In this document: positions 53,463 to 63,928 of the stretch, piece after piece | Layout of the letters: the number at the start of each line of letters is the position of its first letter | Numbering within the stretch: the first letter of the stretch is position 1 | DNA from: Nanobdellota archaeon | GTDB taxonomy: Archaea; Nanobdellota; Nanobdellia; Woesearchaeales; GW2011-AR4 | DNA: 64,000 bases | NCBI GenBank assembly: GCA_038046385.1 | Contig: JBBSWH010000005.1 | Span: 64,339 to 128,338 of the forward strand | Direction: 5' to 3' | Made by a program: the position numbers and the translations under genes | The notes under the pieces: generated by a model | Seen by the model: the letters and a program-made list of their open reading frames with translations, nothing else | Databases searched by the model: none | What the model was told of the DNA's origin: nothing

Positions 53463-53987
53463 ATGGGCGACCCAAAAAGACAGAGAAAGAAATTCTCAAA
53501 GCCAAGCCATCCGTGGCAGAAAGACAGGATTGATGCAGAAAAGATTCTATTAAAGCACTACGGATTAAGAAGAAAGTACGAGATATGGAAAGCAAACTCA
53601 ATGCTTCAGAATTTCTTGAACAGGGCAAAGACAATCATCGGAAAAAGAACAGCACAGTCACAGGTTGAAAAAAAACAATTGCTTGACAGGCTTCACGTGC
53701 TTGGATTATTGCAGAAAGATTCCAAGATAGAAGATGTTTTGAATTTGACATTGAAGAACTTCATGGAAAGGAGATTACAAACCCTTGTATTCAGAAAACA
53801 ATTAGCAAACAGCGTAATGCAGGCACGCCAGTTCATAACTCACGAGCACATAATTGTAGGAAAAAGAAAAGTAACATCACCATCATATCTTGTATCGACA
53901 AGTGAAGAAACTCAGATAAAGATTGTAAAGCCAATAAATGTAGCTCCGGTAAAGGAAGCAAAGCCGAGCACAGAGGCTAAAGAATAA
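53463..53987 (+). CDS. rps4: Ribosomal protein uS4
   Basis: [19 protein letters not shown]-terminus and an S4 domain. Confidence 0.9.
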   Translation: MGDPKRQRKKFSKPSHPWQKDRIDAEKILLKHYGLRRKYEIWKANSMLQNFLNRAKTIIGKRTAQSQVEKKQLLDRLHVLGLLQKDSKIEDVLNLTLKNFMERRLQTLVFRKQLANSVMQARQFITHEHIIVGKRKVTSPSYLVSTSEETQIKIVKPINVAPVKEAKPSTEAKE

Positions 53988-53989
53988 AA

Positions 53990-54388
53990 ATGGACCAAAG
54001 ACCGCAGAGATGGGGAATAGCGCACATTTACGCATCATACAACAACACAATTATCCACATAACCGACATAACAGGAACAGAAACGCTTGCAGTCGGCTCG
54101 GGTGGAATGGTTGTAAAGAGCGACAGAATGGAAGGTTCACCGACAGCAGCAATGATTGCAGCAAAAAAGGCTGCTGAGACTGCAATGGACAAAGGAATAA
54201 CAGGAATTCACGTTAAGATTAAAGCGCCAGGAGGGCATAATGGACCAACATCACCGGGACCAGGAGCACAGGCGGCTATAAGATCATTATCAAGAATGGG
54301 ATTAAGAATCGGAATCATAGAAGAAGTAACACCTTTGCCGCACGACGGATGCAGAAAGAAGGGCGGAAGAAGGGGAAGGAGAGTTTAA
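53990..54388 (+). CDS. rps11: Ribosomal protein uS11
   Basis: [18 protein letters not shown], with a basic C-terminus. Confidence 0.95.
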   Translation: MDQRPQRWGIAHIYASYNNTIIHITDITGTETLAVGSGGMVVKSDRMEGSPTAAMIAAKKAAETAMDKGITGIHVKIKAPGGHNGPTSPGPGAQAAIRSLSRMGLRIGIIEEVTPLPHDGCRKKGGRRGRRV

Positions 54389-54391
54389 ACC

Positions 54392-55186
54392 ATGGAAATA
54401 CGCGTACTTGAAAACAACAAGGATCAGGGAAAATTGTCTTTTTTGCTTAAAGACTCTAATCCAATTTATGTAAACACATTAAGAAGACTGGTAATTGATG
54501 AAGTTCCTACGATGGCAGTTGAAGAAGTTGATTTTTCAAAGAACAGCTCAATATTGTATGATGAGATGATTGCGCACAGGCTTGGACTAACTCCATTGAA
54601 GACTGACTTAAAATCATATAATCTTCCTGATAAATGCAAATGTGAAGGCAAGGGCTGCAACAGATGCCAATTAAAATTGGTTTTAAAATCCGCAAAAATC
54701 GGAACAGTTTACGCATCAGAATTAAAAAGCAAGGATCCTGCTGTAAAGCCGGTTTTTGCAGAAATGCCGATAGTAAAACTAATCAAAGGTCAGAGCTTGG
54801 AGCTTGAGGCAACAGCTGTGCTTGGAAGGGGAAAACAGCACGCAAAATGGAGCCCGGGGCATGTTTATTACAAATACAAGCCGATTGTTGAAATAACGGG
54901 AGATGTAAAAAACCCAGAAGCAATAATTGAAGTTGATCACAATAACATTTTTGAGATAAAAGACAGGAAACTTGTAATCAACAAAGACCGCGTTTTGGAA
55001 TGCGACTTGTCATTGGATTTTTCAGAGATTGACAAGAACGTAAAAGTGTCAGCAAGCGAGACAGAATTCATTTTCACTGTTGAATCATTCGGGCAGCTAA
55101 GCTGCAAAGAAATGATGAACAAGGCAGTAGATATACTTGACGAAATGCTTGATGAGTTTGTCGAGGAGCTAAATAAGGCAAAGTGA
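54392..55186 (+). CDS. rpoD: RNA polymerase subunit D (Rpo3)
   Basis: VNTLRRL, MAHRLGL-like IAHRLGLTP, Cys cluster CKCEGKGCNRC. Confidence 0.9.
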   Translation: MEIRVLENNKDQGKLSFLLKDSNPIYVNTLRRLVIDEVPTMAVEEVDFSKNSSILYDEMIAHRLGLTPLKTDLKSYNLPDKCKCEGKGCNRCQLKLVLKSAKIGTVYASELKSKDPAVKPVFAEMPIVKLIKGQSLELEATAVLGRGKQHAKWSPGHVYYKYKPIVEITGDVKNPEAIIEVDHNNIFEIKDRKLVINKDRVLECDLSLDFSEIDKNVKVSASETEFIFTVESFGQLSCKEMMNKAVDILDEMLDEFVEELNKAK

Positions 55187-55208
55187 TAGACAGGTTCAAC
55201 TCCGTTTC

Positions 55209-55244
55209 GCGGGTAGCGCAAAAACATGGTTTTTGCTGACCCGC
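55209..55244 (+). other. Strong two-tier hairpin between rpoD and tRNA-Leu
   Basis: GCGGGT/ACCCGC outer stem with a GCAAAAAC-ATG-GTTTTTGC inner stem. Confidence 0.4.
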
Positions 55245-55260
55245 ATTCGCTTACGCTCAT

Positions 55261-55346
55261 GCGGGGGTGGCAGAGCCTGGTCTAATGCGCTAGCTTGAGG
55301 GGCTAGTCCCTAAGTGGGTGCGCGTGTTCGAATCACGTCCCCCGCA
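55261..55346 (+). tRNA. tRNA-Leu(GAG), intron-less
   Basis: GCGGGGG..CTAGC-TTGAGGG-GCTAG, long variable arm, GCGTG-TTCGAAT-CACGT-CCCCCGC-A (A73). Confidence 0.9.
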
Positions 55347-55376
55347 TTTAAAATCAAAATATAAAAAACAAAAAAA

Positions 55377-55742
55377 ATGGCAAGAGTAACAGGACCAACA
55401 AACAGCGTTTTGGTTGGGATCATTGAGGAGCTGAAGAAGAGAAGCAGCGATCAGAAAGTCAATCTTTGGAGAAGGATTGCTCTTGATTTGGAAAAGCCTA
55501 CAAGACAAAGAAGGGTTGTTAACTTATCAAGCCTGAGCAGATTCACCAAAGAGAACGAGATAATTGTAGTTCCAGGAAAAGTTCTTGGAGCAGGAAGCCT
55601 AAACCACAAAATCACAATTTCAGCATTTTCTTTTTCAGACGGCGCAAAAGAGAAAATAGAAAAAACAGGCGCAAAGGTTGTTTCACTGCTTGATTTGAGC
55701 AAGGACAATCCATCCGGAAAAGGAATCAGGATAATAGGATAA
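55377..55742 (+). CDS. rpl18e: Ribosomal protein eL18 (L18e)
   Basis: MARVTGPTN.. plus VVPGKVLG; conserved operon position. Confidence 0.9.
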   Translation: MARVTGPTNSVLVGIIEELKKRSSDQKVNLWRRIALDLEKPTRQRRVVNLSSLSRFTKENEIIVVPGKVLGAGSLNHKITISAFSFSDGAKEKIEKTGAKVVSLLDLSKDNPSGKGIRIIG

Positions 55743-55793
55743 AAAATATGAAAATAAATAATTTTCAATTGTCAAATTTCGGAGAAATTTAAC

Positions 55794-56210
55794 ATGATAA
55801 TCGACGCAAAAGATGCAATACTTGGAAGATTGAGCACATACGTGGCAAAGCAGGCTTTATTGGGAAATAAAATTGACTTAATAAACTGCGAAGAAGCCCT
55901 TGTAACAGGAAAAAGACTGAGCATCCTTGCCCATTACGTAGTAAGGATTGACAGAAAAGCCCCTTTGAAAGGACCATTCCTTTACAGAAGGCCAGACATG
56001 TTTGTCAGAAGAACAATAAGAGGCATGCTTCCATGGAAAAGATCAAGGGGAAGGGAAGTTTACAAAAATATAAAATGCCACGTCGGAACTCCAGAAAGCT
56101 TAAAGAGCGAGAAGGCAATTGTTGTGGAATCTGCAAATATCGCAAAAGTTCATTCAACTGATTATATCAAAGTAAAAGAAATATGCAGGGCAATCGGCGG
56201 TAAACAATAA
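55794..56210 (+). CDS. rpl13: Ribosomal protein uL13
   Basis: IIDAKDAILGRL N-terminus. Confidence 0.9.
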   Translation: MIIDAKDAILGRLSTYVAKQALLGNKIDLINCEEALVTGKRLSILAHYVVRIDRKAPLKGPFLYRRPDMFVRRTIRGMLPWKRSRGREVYKNIKCHVGTPESLKSEKAIVVESANIAKVHSTDYIKVKEICRAIGGKQ

Positions 56211-56611
56211 TGAAATCAATAAACGTATCAGGAAAAAGAAAGATGTCAGTTGCAAGGGCAAATGCACGCCAAGGCACCGGAATTGTCAGAATCAACAAAG
56301 TTCCGATTGAAATTATTGAGCCAAGCATATTAAGATTAAAGTTCATGGAGCCAATCATAATCGCCGGGGATGCTGCAAAGAAGATAGACATCGACGTTCT
56401 GGTAAGGGGCGGCGGAGTAAACAGCCAGGCAGAGGCTTCAAGAATCACTATTGCAAAAGCTCTTGTAGATTTTACAAAAAGCGACAAGCTGAGGGAAACA
56501 TTCCTCGCATACGACAGGAACATGCTGGTTGCAGATGTAAGAAGGAAGGAGTCATCAAAGCCAAACAGGCACGGCCACGCAAGGGCAAAAGTCCAAAAAT
56601 CGTACCGTTAA
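56210..56611 (+). CDS. rps9: Ribosomal protein uS9
   Basis: GGGVNSQAEA and a C-terminal ..KVQKSYR. Confidence 0.9.
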   Translation: MKSINVSGKRKMSVARANARQGTGIVRINKVPIEIIEPSILRLKFMEPIIIAGDAAKKIDIDVLVRGGGVNSQAEASRITIAKALVDFTKSDKLRETFLAYDRNMLVADVRRKESSKPNRHGHARAKVQKSYR

Positions 56612-56791
56612 AGTAATAACATAATTCTTTTTAGTTTTCTTTTAGCTTTGTAAAGTAAAATTCTTACAGATTTTTTGATTAACTCATTCTTTTAATCACA
56701 TTAAGCAATGTTTCAACTTCCAAATTATGATTTTTCACTTCATAAAAAATCATTTACGCAGTCTCAACCTAGAATAGCCCAGTGATTAAAA

Positions 56792-57742
56792 ATGAACTCG
56801 CTTAGAAATCAAAAAATTTGTTTGAAAGAATTATCAAAAAAATCGCTGATTTCAATGTATTCCGAAAGAGGGTTATCAACATCAGCAATTGCAAGAGTTT
56901 ACAATTGCAATCCAGAAACTGTGCGTAGAATTATGATTAAACATAAAATTGCTAGGAGAAGGCTACATGAAAGAAAATATAAAATTAAAAAAGAGGAGTT
57001 AGAAATATTATATCTTAAAGAAAAAAAGTCAACAATTGAAATTGCTAAAAAATATAATTGCTCCCAATGGGTTATTTGGTCTTTACTCAAGAAGTATAGG
57101 ATTAATGCACGAGGTGCTAATGAATATCATTCGTGGAAATCTCCTTCAAATCAAATTAAGCCAGTTTTAGATGAGTCTCCTACATTAGCCTATGCTGTTG
57201 GAGTGATTTTAGGAGATGGTTGGACTTACAAAAGAGGGCATTTTTATACTATAGGCTTAGAAGTGTCAGATAAAAAATTTTGTGAGAGCTTCCATGTGGC
57301 TTTAAAGAAGCTAAACCTAAACCCCTCTATGTTTCATAGCAGAGGCTACTGGAGAACTGTATGCTCTTCAAAATTGTTTTATCTATGGCTTGAATCTTTA
57401 GATATAAATCATATAAATAAAATATCCAAAAAATATCCTGAGGATTTCCTAAGGGGATTTTATGAGAGTGAAGGTCATCTTTCTGTTTACAAAAGCAAGG
57501 AGTATTATTTCACAAGAACAAGCATAATTATCTGCAACACTAAAAAAGAATGGATGTACTTAATCAAAAGCCTATTAGAAAGTCTGGATTTTCATCCTAA
57601 AATCTATAATATAGCTAGCCAAAAACCCAAATGGAAACCTTTATGGAGGCTGGTTTTAGCAAGAAACTTAGAAGCTAAAAGATTTATTAGCTTGGTAAAA
57701 CCTTGTATTAAAATTGGAGAAAAAAGACGTCGAAACCTTTAA
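56792..57742 (+). CDS. LAGLIDADG homing-endonuclease-like protein with N-terminal HTH repeats
   Basis: Two HTH units (LSTSAIARVYNC.., KSTIEIAKKYNC..) followed by LAYAVGVILGDGW and FLRGFYESEGHL. Confidence 0.75.
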   Translation: MNSLRNQKICLKELSKKSLISMYSERGLSTSAIARVYNCNPETVRRIMIKHKIARRRLHERKYKIKKEELEILYLKEKKSTIEIAKKYNCSQWVIWSLLKKYRINARGANEYHSWKSPSNQIKPVLDESPTLAYAVGVILGDGWTYKRGHFYTIGLEVSDKKFCESFHVALKKLNLNPSMFHSRGYWRTVCSSKLFYLWLESLDINHINKISKKYPEDFLRGFYESEGHLSVYKSKEYYFTRTSIIICNTKKEWMYLIKSLLESLDFHPKIYNIASQKPKWKPLWRLVLARNLEAKRFISLVKPCIKIGEKRRRNL

Positions 57743-57768
57743 AAAGGGTCTGAACTTTCTTTGAACCT

Positions 57769-57966
57769 ATGATTATACCTATTCGCTGTTGGTCTTGTGG
57801 CCGTCCTATCGCGCATCTTTGGGAATCATATGTAGATAGGGTTTCAAAAGGCGAAGAGCGCAAGAAAGTGATGGACGAGCTTGGATTGCAGAGATACTGC
57901 TGCAGAGCCGTGTTCTTGGGACATGTTGATTTAATCGATATTGCAACCCAGTTCAAGAAATTTTGA
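57769..57966 (+). CDS. rpoN: RNA polymerase subunit N (Rpo10)
   Basis: MIIPIRCWSCGRPI..YCCR zinc motif; 65 aa. Confidence 0.9.
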   Translation: MIIPIRCWSCGRPIAHLWESYVDRVSKGEERKKVMDELGLQRYCCRAVFLGHVDLIDIATQFKKF

Positions 57967-57995
57967 GTTGTTTTAATTTTTCTAAAAATTTAATT

Positions 57996-58038
57996 TCCGT
58001 GGCTTCGCCACAACAGATACGCGCCCCGCATTGGGCGC
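57996..58038 (+). repeat. Two-hairpin intergenic repeat, copy R5
   Basis: TTCCGT + GTGGC-TTC-GCCAC + ACA..GCGCCC-CGCATT-GGGCGC + AAATTTATTATAAAA. Confidence 0.7.
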
Positions 58039-58057
58039 AAATTTATTATAAAATTTA

Positions 58058-58651
58058 ATGACGGAAAAGCTAATGAAATTTATCATTGAGCATCTGGAGC
58101 CTGAACTTTATGACTGGTGTTTGATTGAGTACGAGCACATTTCTGAGATTGTAGGAAAGGAAAATCTTTTTTTTACCAATATTTCTGATAAAAAAGATGC
58201 CGATAGACTTAAAAAATTCGGGGCTGTTTATGAAAAAAATATTTCCCAGTTAAATTTTGAAAAGATATGCGTGCTTTCGCAGTATGCTGAAAAGACTGTT
58301 TCTGCTTCTGACAAAAAAGACTTTGAATATTTTGTTTTTGGTGGAATCCTTGGAGACAATCCTGCAAAGAAAAGGACAGACACAATAATCAAAGATTTAA
58401 AAAATTCTGGGAAAATGTTTGAAGAAAGAAACCTTGGAAAATCACAGATGCCTACTGATGTTGCGGTTTATGCAACGAAGCAGATGCTTAACGGGAAAAA
58501 ACTTTCTGATTTCAAGTTTGTGGACAAGCTGGAAATAGAGATAGATGAAGACGAAAGCGTGGAGCTTGATTTCAGGTATATTGTAGACGGCAATAAGCCG
58601 ATTATTTCAGAAAAGCTTGTTGAGTATATAAGAAACAATAAGGGATTCTGA
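58058..58651 (+). CDS. Conserved hypothetical protein (possibly DUF431-like SPOUT RNA methyltransferase)
   Basis: The FIIEHLEPELYDWCLIEYEHI N-terminus recalls that family. Weak, from memory only. Confidence 0.35.
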   Translation: MTEKLMKFIIEHLEPELYDWCLIEYEHISEIVGKENLFFTNISDKKDADRLKKFGAVYEKNISQLNFEKICVLSQYAEKTVSASDKKDFEYFVFGGILGDNPAKKRTDTIIKDLKNSGKMFEERNLGKSQMPTDVAVYATKQMLNGKKLSDFKFVDKLEIEIDEDESVELDFRYIVDGNKPIISEKLVEYIRNNKGF

Positions 58652-58692
58652 GCGATAAATTTAAATACTTGTTGTACTTGTTTTACCTTATG

Positions 58693-58923
58693 GCAAAAAT
58701 ACAAGTAACGATAAAAAACATAGATGAAGACGCATTCAGTGAATTAAAAGCTGAAGCTGCAAGGAAAAAGCTTCCAGTAGGCATTGCATTATCATTAGCC
58801 ATAGAAGGATGGCTGGCGCATGCAAGGAAGCCATTGCTGCCGCTGACAGAATGGAAATCCGTAAAAGGCGGATCCAAAACAAGGCTTTTGAGCAGTGAAT
58901 TAGATAAAGCGCTTTATGGGTGA
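58693..58923 (+). CDS. VapB-like antitoxin
   Basis: 76 aa from MAKIQVTIKNIDEDAF.. Overlaps the PIN gene by 4 nt. Confidence 0.5.
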   Translation, partial: AKIQVTIKNIDEDAFSELKAEAARKKLPVGIALSLAIEGWLAHARKPLLPLTEWKSVKGGSKTRLLSSELDKALYG

Positions 58924-59327
58924 TTTTGATGGCTATTTTTCTTGATGCCAGCTACATTCTGGCCCTTTACAATGAGGATGATGTGCACCACAAAAGAGCA
59001 GTGGCTTTGTCAGAAGTGATAAATTCAAATGAATATGGACAGGCCATTATTTCAGATTATATTTTTGATGAAGCTGTTTCTGTTGCGCTTAGAAAAATAG
59101 GAAAACAGGAAGCGCAGTTGCTGGGAAAACAGATTATTGACAGCCTGTTTATAGTTCATGCAGACAAGCACCTTTTTGACACGGCTTTGAAAATTTTTAA
59201 TTCTTCGAAAGATCCCTTCAGCTTCACAGACTGCATGAGCCAGGCAATAATGGACCTTGCGCAGATTAGGTTTATAGCCACATTTGACAAGCTGTTTGAA
59301 AAATTGAATGTTGAAGTTATAAATTAA
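58920..59327 (+). CDS. vapC: VapC PIN-domain toxin
   Basis: FLDASYILAL, ..DYIFDEAV.., FTDC acidic quartet pattern. Confidence 0.8.
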   Translation: MILMAIFLDASYILALYNEDDVHHKRAVALSEVINSNEYGQAIISDYIFDEAVSVALRKIGKQEAQLLGKQIIDSLFIVHADKHLFDTALKIFNSSKDPFSFTDCMSQAIMDLAQIRFIATFDKLFEKLNVEVIN

Positions 59328-59331
59328 CTTT

Positions 59332-60198
59332 TTAAGCTTCTTTTCTTGAAAGAAAGTAAACTCCGACAAACATCAAAAGCATGCCTGCAAACTGAATTAT
59401 AGTTATTGTTTCTCTGAAAAATATGTAGCCAAGAATTGCAGCAAAAAACGGTGCAGATAATTCAAGAGCGCCTGCCTGAGCTGCCTTTATTCTTTTGATG
59501 CTTTCGTAGTACATTATGATGCCTATTCCGACAACAATGCCTGCAATGACCTGATATATGTTTGCAATGAATAATTTTGAAGTGGCAATTACATAAGCGC
59601 AAAGCACCAAAGAAGCAATTGTATACCTGTAAAACACTACAACGCCCGCATCAAGCTCATGCAAATATTTTCTTGCGAGTATTGCTGTGGCAGCCCATGC
59701 AACTGTTGAGGCAATAACAAGCAAGTCTGTTGATGTCCCTATATTAAATGAAATAAGGTTCTGGAAGGTTTTTGTCGTGACCATCATTCCTGCAATTATC
59801 ATTAATGCCATGCCTGCATAGTCTATTTTATTGAGCTTGTCTATTTTGAGCACAAAATAGCCGAATAATACTATGAAAACCGGCTGCATGTGGGCAAGCA
59901 CTACAACATTCACAATCGATGTTTTTGTGAGCGCGTACAAGAATATCAATTCTCCAAAAACAGTCGCAACAAGAGCAAGTATCGCAAGGACTGAAAATTG
60001 CTTTTTGTTTAATTTAAAATTGCCTGTTCCGGTCAAGAATATATAAACCAGCGCGGTCAAGGCGATGAAAATTGCCCGTATTGCAGTTGTGTGCAGGTAA
60101 TCTGAATTTGTGTATGAGAATTTTATGAGGCTTGGTTCTAAAGACCACATTACTGCTGCTATAAGGATTGCAATGACTCCTATCGCTTTCTGGTTCAT
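59332..60198 (-). CDS. EamA/DMT-family transporter
   Basis: Ten hydrophobic helices arranged as two EamA halves. Confidence 0.8.
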   Translation of the reverse strand: MNQKAIGVIAILIAAVMWSLEPSLIKFSYTNSDYLHTTAIRAIFIALTALVYIFLTGTGNFKLNKKQFSVLAILALVATVFGELIFLYALTKTSIVNVVVLAHMQPVFIVLFGYFVLKIDKLNKIDYAGMALMIIAGMMVTTKTFQNLISFNIGTSTDLLVIASTVAWAATAILARKYLHELDAGVVVFYRYTIASLVLCAYVIATSKLFIANIYQVIAGIVVGIGIIMYYESIKRIKAAQAGALELSAPFFAAILGYIFFRETITIIQFAGMLLMFVGVYFLSRKEA

Positions 60199-60277
60199 TT
60201 TTTGAAATTGGATTGAAGTTGCTTAAATATCTTTAGAATGCACAATATTTAAAAATCAAGATTGAAAACTATAAGAT

Positions 60278-62977
60278 ATGGCTGATTTAAGGGATATTGC
60301 CAAAAAATGGCAGCAGAAATGGGAAGAAAAACGGGTTTTTAGGGCAAATGAAAATCAAAATAAGAAGAAGTCCTACATTTTAGAAATGCTGCCCTATCCT
60401 TCCAACCGCCTCCACATGGGGCATTTGCGAAATTATTCTATTGGGGATGTAATTGCCAGGTATAAAAGAATGCAGGGCTTCAATGTCATTTATGTCATGG
60501 GCTACGATGCTTTTGGTATGCCTGCAGAAAACGCAGCTATCCAACATAATATACTGCCTGATAAATGGACTTTAACAAATATTGACACAATAAGAAATCA
60601 GCAGAAGGAGATGGGATTTTCTTATGACTGGGAACGCGAAGTGGTGACGTGCAAAGAAGAATATTACAAATGGAATCAGTGGATATTTTTGAAATTCTAT
60701 GAAAAGGGATTGGCGTACAAGAAAAAGGCGGCTGTCAACTGGTGCTCATCCTGCAATACAGTATTGGCTAATGAACAGGTTGAAGACGGCAAGTGCTGGA
60801 GATGCAAGAGCGAGGTAACTGAAAAATTCCTTGAGCAGTGGTTCTTCAGAATAACTGATTATGCAGAAGAATTATTGCAGGATATTGAAAAATTATCGCA
60901 TTGGCCGGAAAGAGTAAAAACAATGCAAAAAAACTGGATTGGAAAGAGCTATGGGGTGCTTGTTAATTTCAAGATTAAGGAAAACGATGATTTATTGCAG
61001 ACATTCACCACAAGGCCGGATACAATTTTCGGAGTTACTGCTGTTGTGCTTTCTGTCGAGCATCCAATGGTTATTGATCTTATAAAGGGAACAAAATATG
61101 AAAAATCTGTGAATGATTTTGTCATAGAGACAAAAAAGAAAAGCAGGATTGAAAGAACATCTGCAACTTCAGAAAAAAATGGATTGTTTATCGGAAAGCA
61201 TGCAGTAAACCCTGTTGACGACTCTGAAATTCCAATTTACATTGCAGACTATGTCCTGATGGAATACGGAAGCGGGGCTGTGATGGTTGTTCCTGCTCAT
61301 GACCAACGCGATTTTATTTTTGCTAAAAAATACGGTCTTGAAGTAAAAGCAGTTATAACACCAAAAGGAAACAATATTGATGCAGGAAAAATGGACATGG
61401 CGTATATTGAAGACGGAATCCTTGTTAATTCTTCTCAATTTGATGGTCTTGGCAACAATGACGCTGTTGAAAAAATATCAGAGTGGATGGAATCAAAATC
61501 ATTCGGGAAAAGAACAACGCAGTACAAATTAAGGGACTGGCTCGTTTCCCGTCAGAGGTACTGGGGAACTCCAATTCCGTTTGTTTATTGCGCAAAGTGC
61601 GGAACTATTCCGGTTGCGTATGAAGATCTTCCGGTAAAACTCCCTTCTGCAGACAGTTGCAGCTTCACAGGAAAAGGAAATCCGCTTGAAACATGCGATG
61701 AATTTGTCAATGTAAAATGCCCAAAATGCCATGGCAATGCAAAGCGCGATACAGACACAATGGATACTTTTGTTGATAGCTCGTGGTATTTCTTAAGATA
61801 CTGCTCGCCGAAAAATAACAATGCGCCTTTTGACAAAAAAAGCGCAGAGTACTGGATGCCAGTCGACCAGTACATTGGAGGAATTGAGCATGCAATACTT
61901 CATCTGCTTTACGCAAGGTTCTTTACAAAAGCTTTGCGTGATTTGGGGCTTGTTGCAATAGATGAGCCTTTCTCCAGGTTATTAACTCAGGGAATGGTAA
62001 TAAAAGACGGGGCAAAGATGTCAAAATCAATCGGTAATGTTGTTGACCCTGGAGAGATTTACAACAAGTACGGGCCCGATACTGCAAGGCTTTTCATATT
62101 GTTTGCAGCGCTTCCTGAAAAAGAACTGGATTGGAGCGATAAAGGCGTTAATGGGGCGTTCAGATTTTTAAACAGGGTGGACAAGTTTGTCGATGATAAT
62201 CTTTATTCTATTTCGCTGAAGAATTATGATATTGATAAATTAAATGATAAAGATAAATATGTAATTAGCAAAATGCACCTTACGATAAAAAACGTGACAA
62301 ATCATATTGAGAAGTTTGAATTTTCGCTTGCAATCGGAAAAATAATGGAATATTTTGATATTTTGCAAAAATATAAAGAAAAAAATTCCGGTGTTCTTGG
62401 TGAAGCTGTAAAAAATCTCTCTTTCATGATGCTGCCTTTTACGCCTCATTTAAGCGAAGAGATATGGCACAGGATAAAGGGAAATGGTTTTGCATCGGTT
62501 CATGAATGGCCTTCCTTTAATGAAGAGATGATTGACAAAAAGGCGGAGGCGATTGCAGAATTTATTTCTGCTACCAGAAAAGACATTGTTGAAGTGCTTA
62601 GGCTGACAAAGACAGAGAATCCTAATGGGATAAAGCTGTTTGTTGCCGAGAAATGGAAATATGATTTTATTCAGATTCTTAAGCAGGAAATGATAAAAAC
62701 AAGAAATGTTGGAGAAATACTAAAAAAAATAATGTCAACTGACCTGAAAATTTACGGGCAGGAGATAACAAAGATTGTTCCGCGTCTTGTTAATGACGAG
62801 ACTAGAATTCCGCATACCGTGATAGGGCAGGAAGCGGAGTTTCATGCATTGAATGATGCTTCAAATGGGCTTTTAGAAGAATTTGGATGTAATATTGAAG
62901 TTATTGTAGCTGAAATGTCGAAAGATGCAAAGGCGAAGCAGTCTTTGCCGGGAAAAGCCGCAATATTAATTATGTAA
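60278..62977 (+). CDS. leuS: Leucyl-tRNA synthetase, bacterial-type sequence
   Basis: [56 protein letters not shown]. Near-colinear with my recall of the E. coli LeuRS N-terminal 200 aa. Confidence 0.95.
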   Translation: MADLRDIAKKWQQKWEEKRVFRANENQNKKKSYILEMLPYPSNRLHMGHLRNYSIGDVIARYKRMQGFNVIYVMGYDAFGMPAENAAIQHNILPDKWTLTNIDTIRNQQKEMGFSYDWEREVVTCKEEYYKWNQWIFLKFYEKGLAYKKKAAVNWCSSCNTVLANEQVEDGKCWRCKSEVTEKFLEQWFFRITDYAEELLQDIEKLSHWPERVKTMQKNWIGKSYGVLVNFKIKENDDLLQTFTTRPDTIFGVTAVVLSVEHPMVIDLIKGTKYEKSVNDFVIETKKKSRIERTSATSEKNGLFIGKHAVNPVDDSEIPIYIADYVLMEYGSGAVMVVPAHDQRDFIFAKKYGLEVKAVITPKGNNIDAGKMDMAYIEDGILVNSSQFDGLGNNDAVEKISEWMESKSFGKRTTQYKLRDWLVSRQRYWGTPIPFVYCAKCGTIPVAYEDLPVKLPSADSCSFTGKGNPLETCDEFVNVKCPKCHGNAKRDTDTMDTFVDSSWYFLRYCSPKNNNAPFDKKSAEYWMPVDQYIGGIEHAILHLLYARFFTKALRDLGLVAIDEPFSRLLTQGMVIKDGAKMSKSIGNVVDPGEIYNKYGPDTARLFILFAALPEKELDWSDKGVNGAFRFLNRVDKFVDDNLYSISLKNYDIDKLNDKDKYVISKMHLTIKNVTNHIEKFEFSLAIGKIMEYFDILQKYKEKNSGVLGEAVKNLSFMMLPFTPHLSEEIWHRIKGNGFASVHEWPSFNEEMIDKKAEAIAEFISATRKDIVEVLRLTKTENPNGIKLFVAEKWKYDFIQILKQEMIKTRNVGEILKKIMSTDLKIYGQEITKIVPRLVNDETRIPHTVIGQEAEFHALNDASNGLLEEFGCNIEVIVAEMSKDAKAKQSLPGKAAILIM

Positions 62978-62985
62978 ATATAATC

Positions 62986-63462
62986 TTATTTTCTTTTTTC
63001 GAGGTCTTCGTATTCTTTAACGAGTTTTTCAGAATCAAAAGAAAGGCTTCTGAAGAAATTCTTGAATCTTTCAATTCCTTTTGGCTTGGTTATTTTTATC
63101 CTGTTGATTCTTTCAAGCCATGCTTCTTCCCTTACTTCCACAAAATGAGATGCCATCAGCGACAGCCCGTACAATACAATTGACACTCCAGTAAAAATGT
63201 AGAATATTGTGAATATTTTTCCTATGTCTGTTTTTGGAACAAATTCTCCGTAGCCGACGGTTGTTATTGTGTATGTTGAAAAGTAAACTGCATCAAGATA
63301 TCTCCATCCCTCGATATTATGGTAGAAAATTCCTCCGATTGCCAGCAGAATAATTATAAGGGTAAACACATAAAAAATTCTTCTGTGATACCTTATGTGC
63401 TCATGCTCTTCCATCTGGATGAGCTTTTCTTTGGACAGGCTTATTTGGCTTTTTTGCGGCAT
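62986..63462 (-). CDS. Small 2-TM potassium channel
   Basis: TTVGYGE selectivity filter between two TM helices. Confidence 0.8.
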   Translation of the reverse strand: MPQKSQISLSKEKLIQMEEHEHIRYHRRIFYVFTLIIILLAIGGIFYHNIEGWRYLDAVYFSTYTITTVGYGEFVPKTDIGKIFTIFYIFTGVSIVLYGLSLMASHFVEVREEAWLERINRIKITKPKGIERFKNFFRSLSFDSEKLVKEYEDLEKRK

Positions 63463-63568
63463 ATTATTAGAGATGTTTTAATTTCTATATAAAGATTACC
63501 AGACAACCTTTTTACATAGTAAAAAGCTTGACCAAAAAATGAGGTTTCACCCGATTCTTATGATTGAG

Positions 63569-63928
63569 TTATATTTTCCTGATTCTTATCTTATCCTCAG
63601 ATATAACAATAAAATTGCCTAATAGCTTATCGCTATAATTTTTGATTATAATTTCCAAAGCGTTTATTTTAGCGCTTGATGACTGGTTTCCCAGCCTAAG
63701 CAATATCAAGCCAGATGACTTTAATTTTTCTTTAAAAACCAAATTGCCAAAATCCTTGTCATTAGTCAGCAATACTCTTTTTTCGTCGGCTGCAATTTTT
63801 AGAATTTTAATATCCTCCAATGAAGGATAATCTTCAGCAATAGAAGATGTGCTGTAGCCTTTTCTTCTGAGATAATTGACTACAGGAAAATCTACATTTT
63901 CATCTACAATAAATCTTATTTTAGCCAT
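63569..63928 (-). CDS. DUF5615/Mut7-C-like PIN-related protein (toxin-like)
   Basis: FIVDENVDFPVVNYLRRKGY..LLTNDKDF. The frame stays open upstream to the window end, so the start is uncertain. Confidence 0.5.
   Translation of the reverse strand: MAKIRFIVDENVDFPVVNYLRRKGYSTSSIAEDYPSLEDIKILKIAADEKRVLLTNDKDFGNLVFKEKLKSSGLILLRLGNQSSSAKINALEIIIKNYSDKLLGNFIVISEDKIRIRKI

Noticed and set aside
55190-55260. GGTTCAACTCC T-loop-like string and hairpin before tRNA-Leu as a split-tRNA half.
   Set aside because: No acceptor-stem or D/anticodon partner could be drawn. The hairpin at 55209-55244 is better explained as an rpoD terminator/processing stem or another hairpin module.
22573-58038. Interpreting the two-hairpin repeats as H/ACA or C/D box guide RNAs because hairpin 1 is always followed by ACA.
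   Set aside because: Hairpin 1 is only 4-5 bp with a 3-nt loop, so there is no pseudouridylation pocket and no K-turn. No RUGAUGA/CUGA boxes are present. The AC of ACA is simply the end of the stem.
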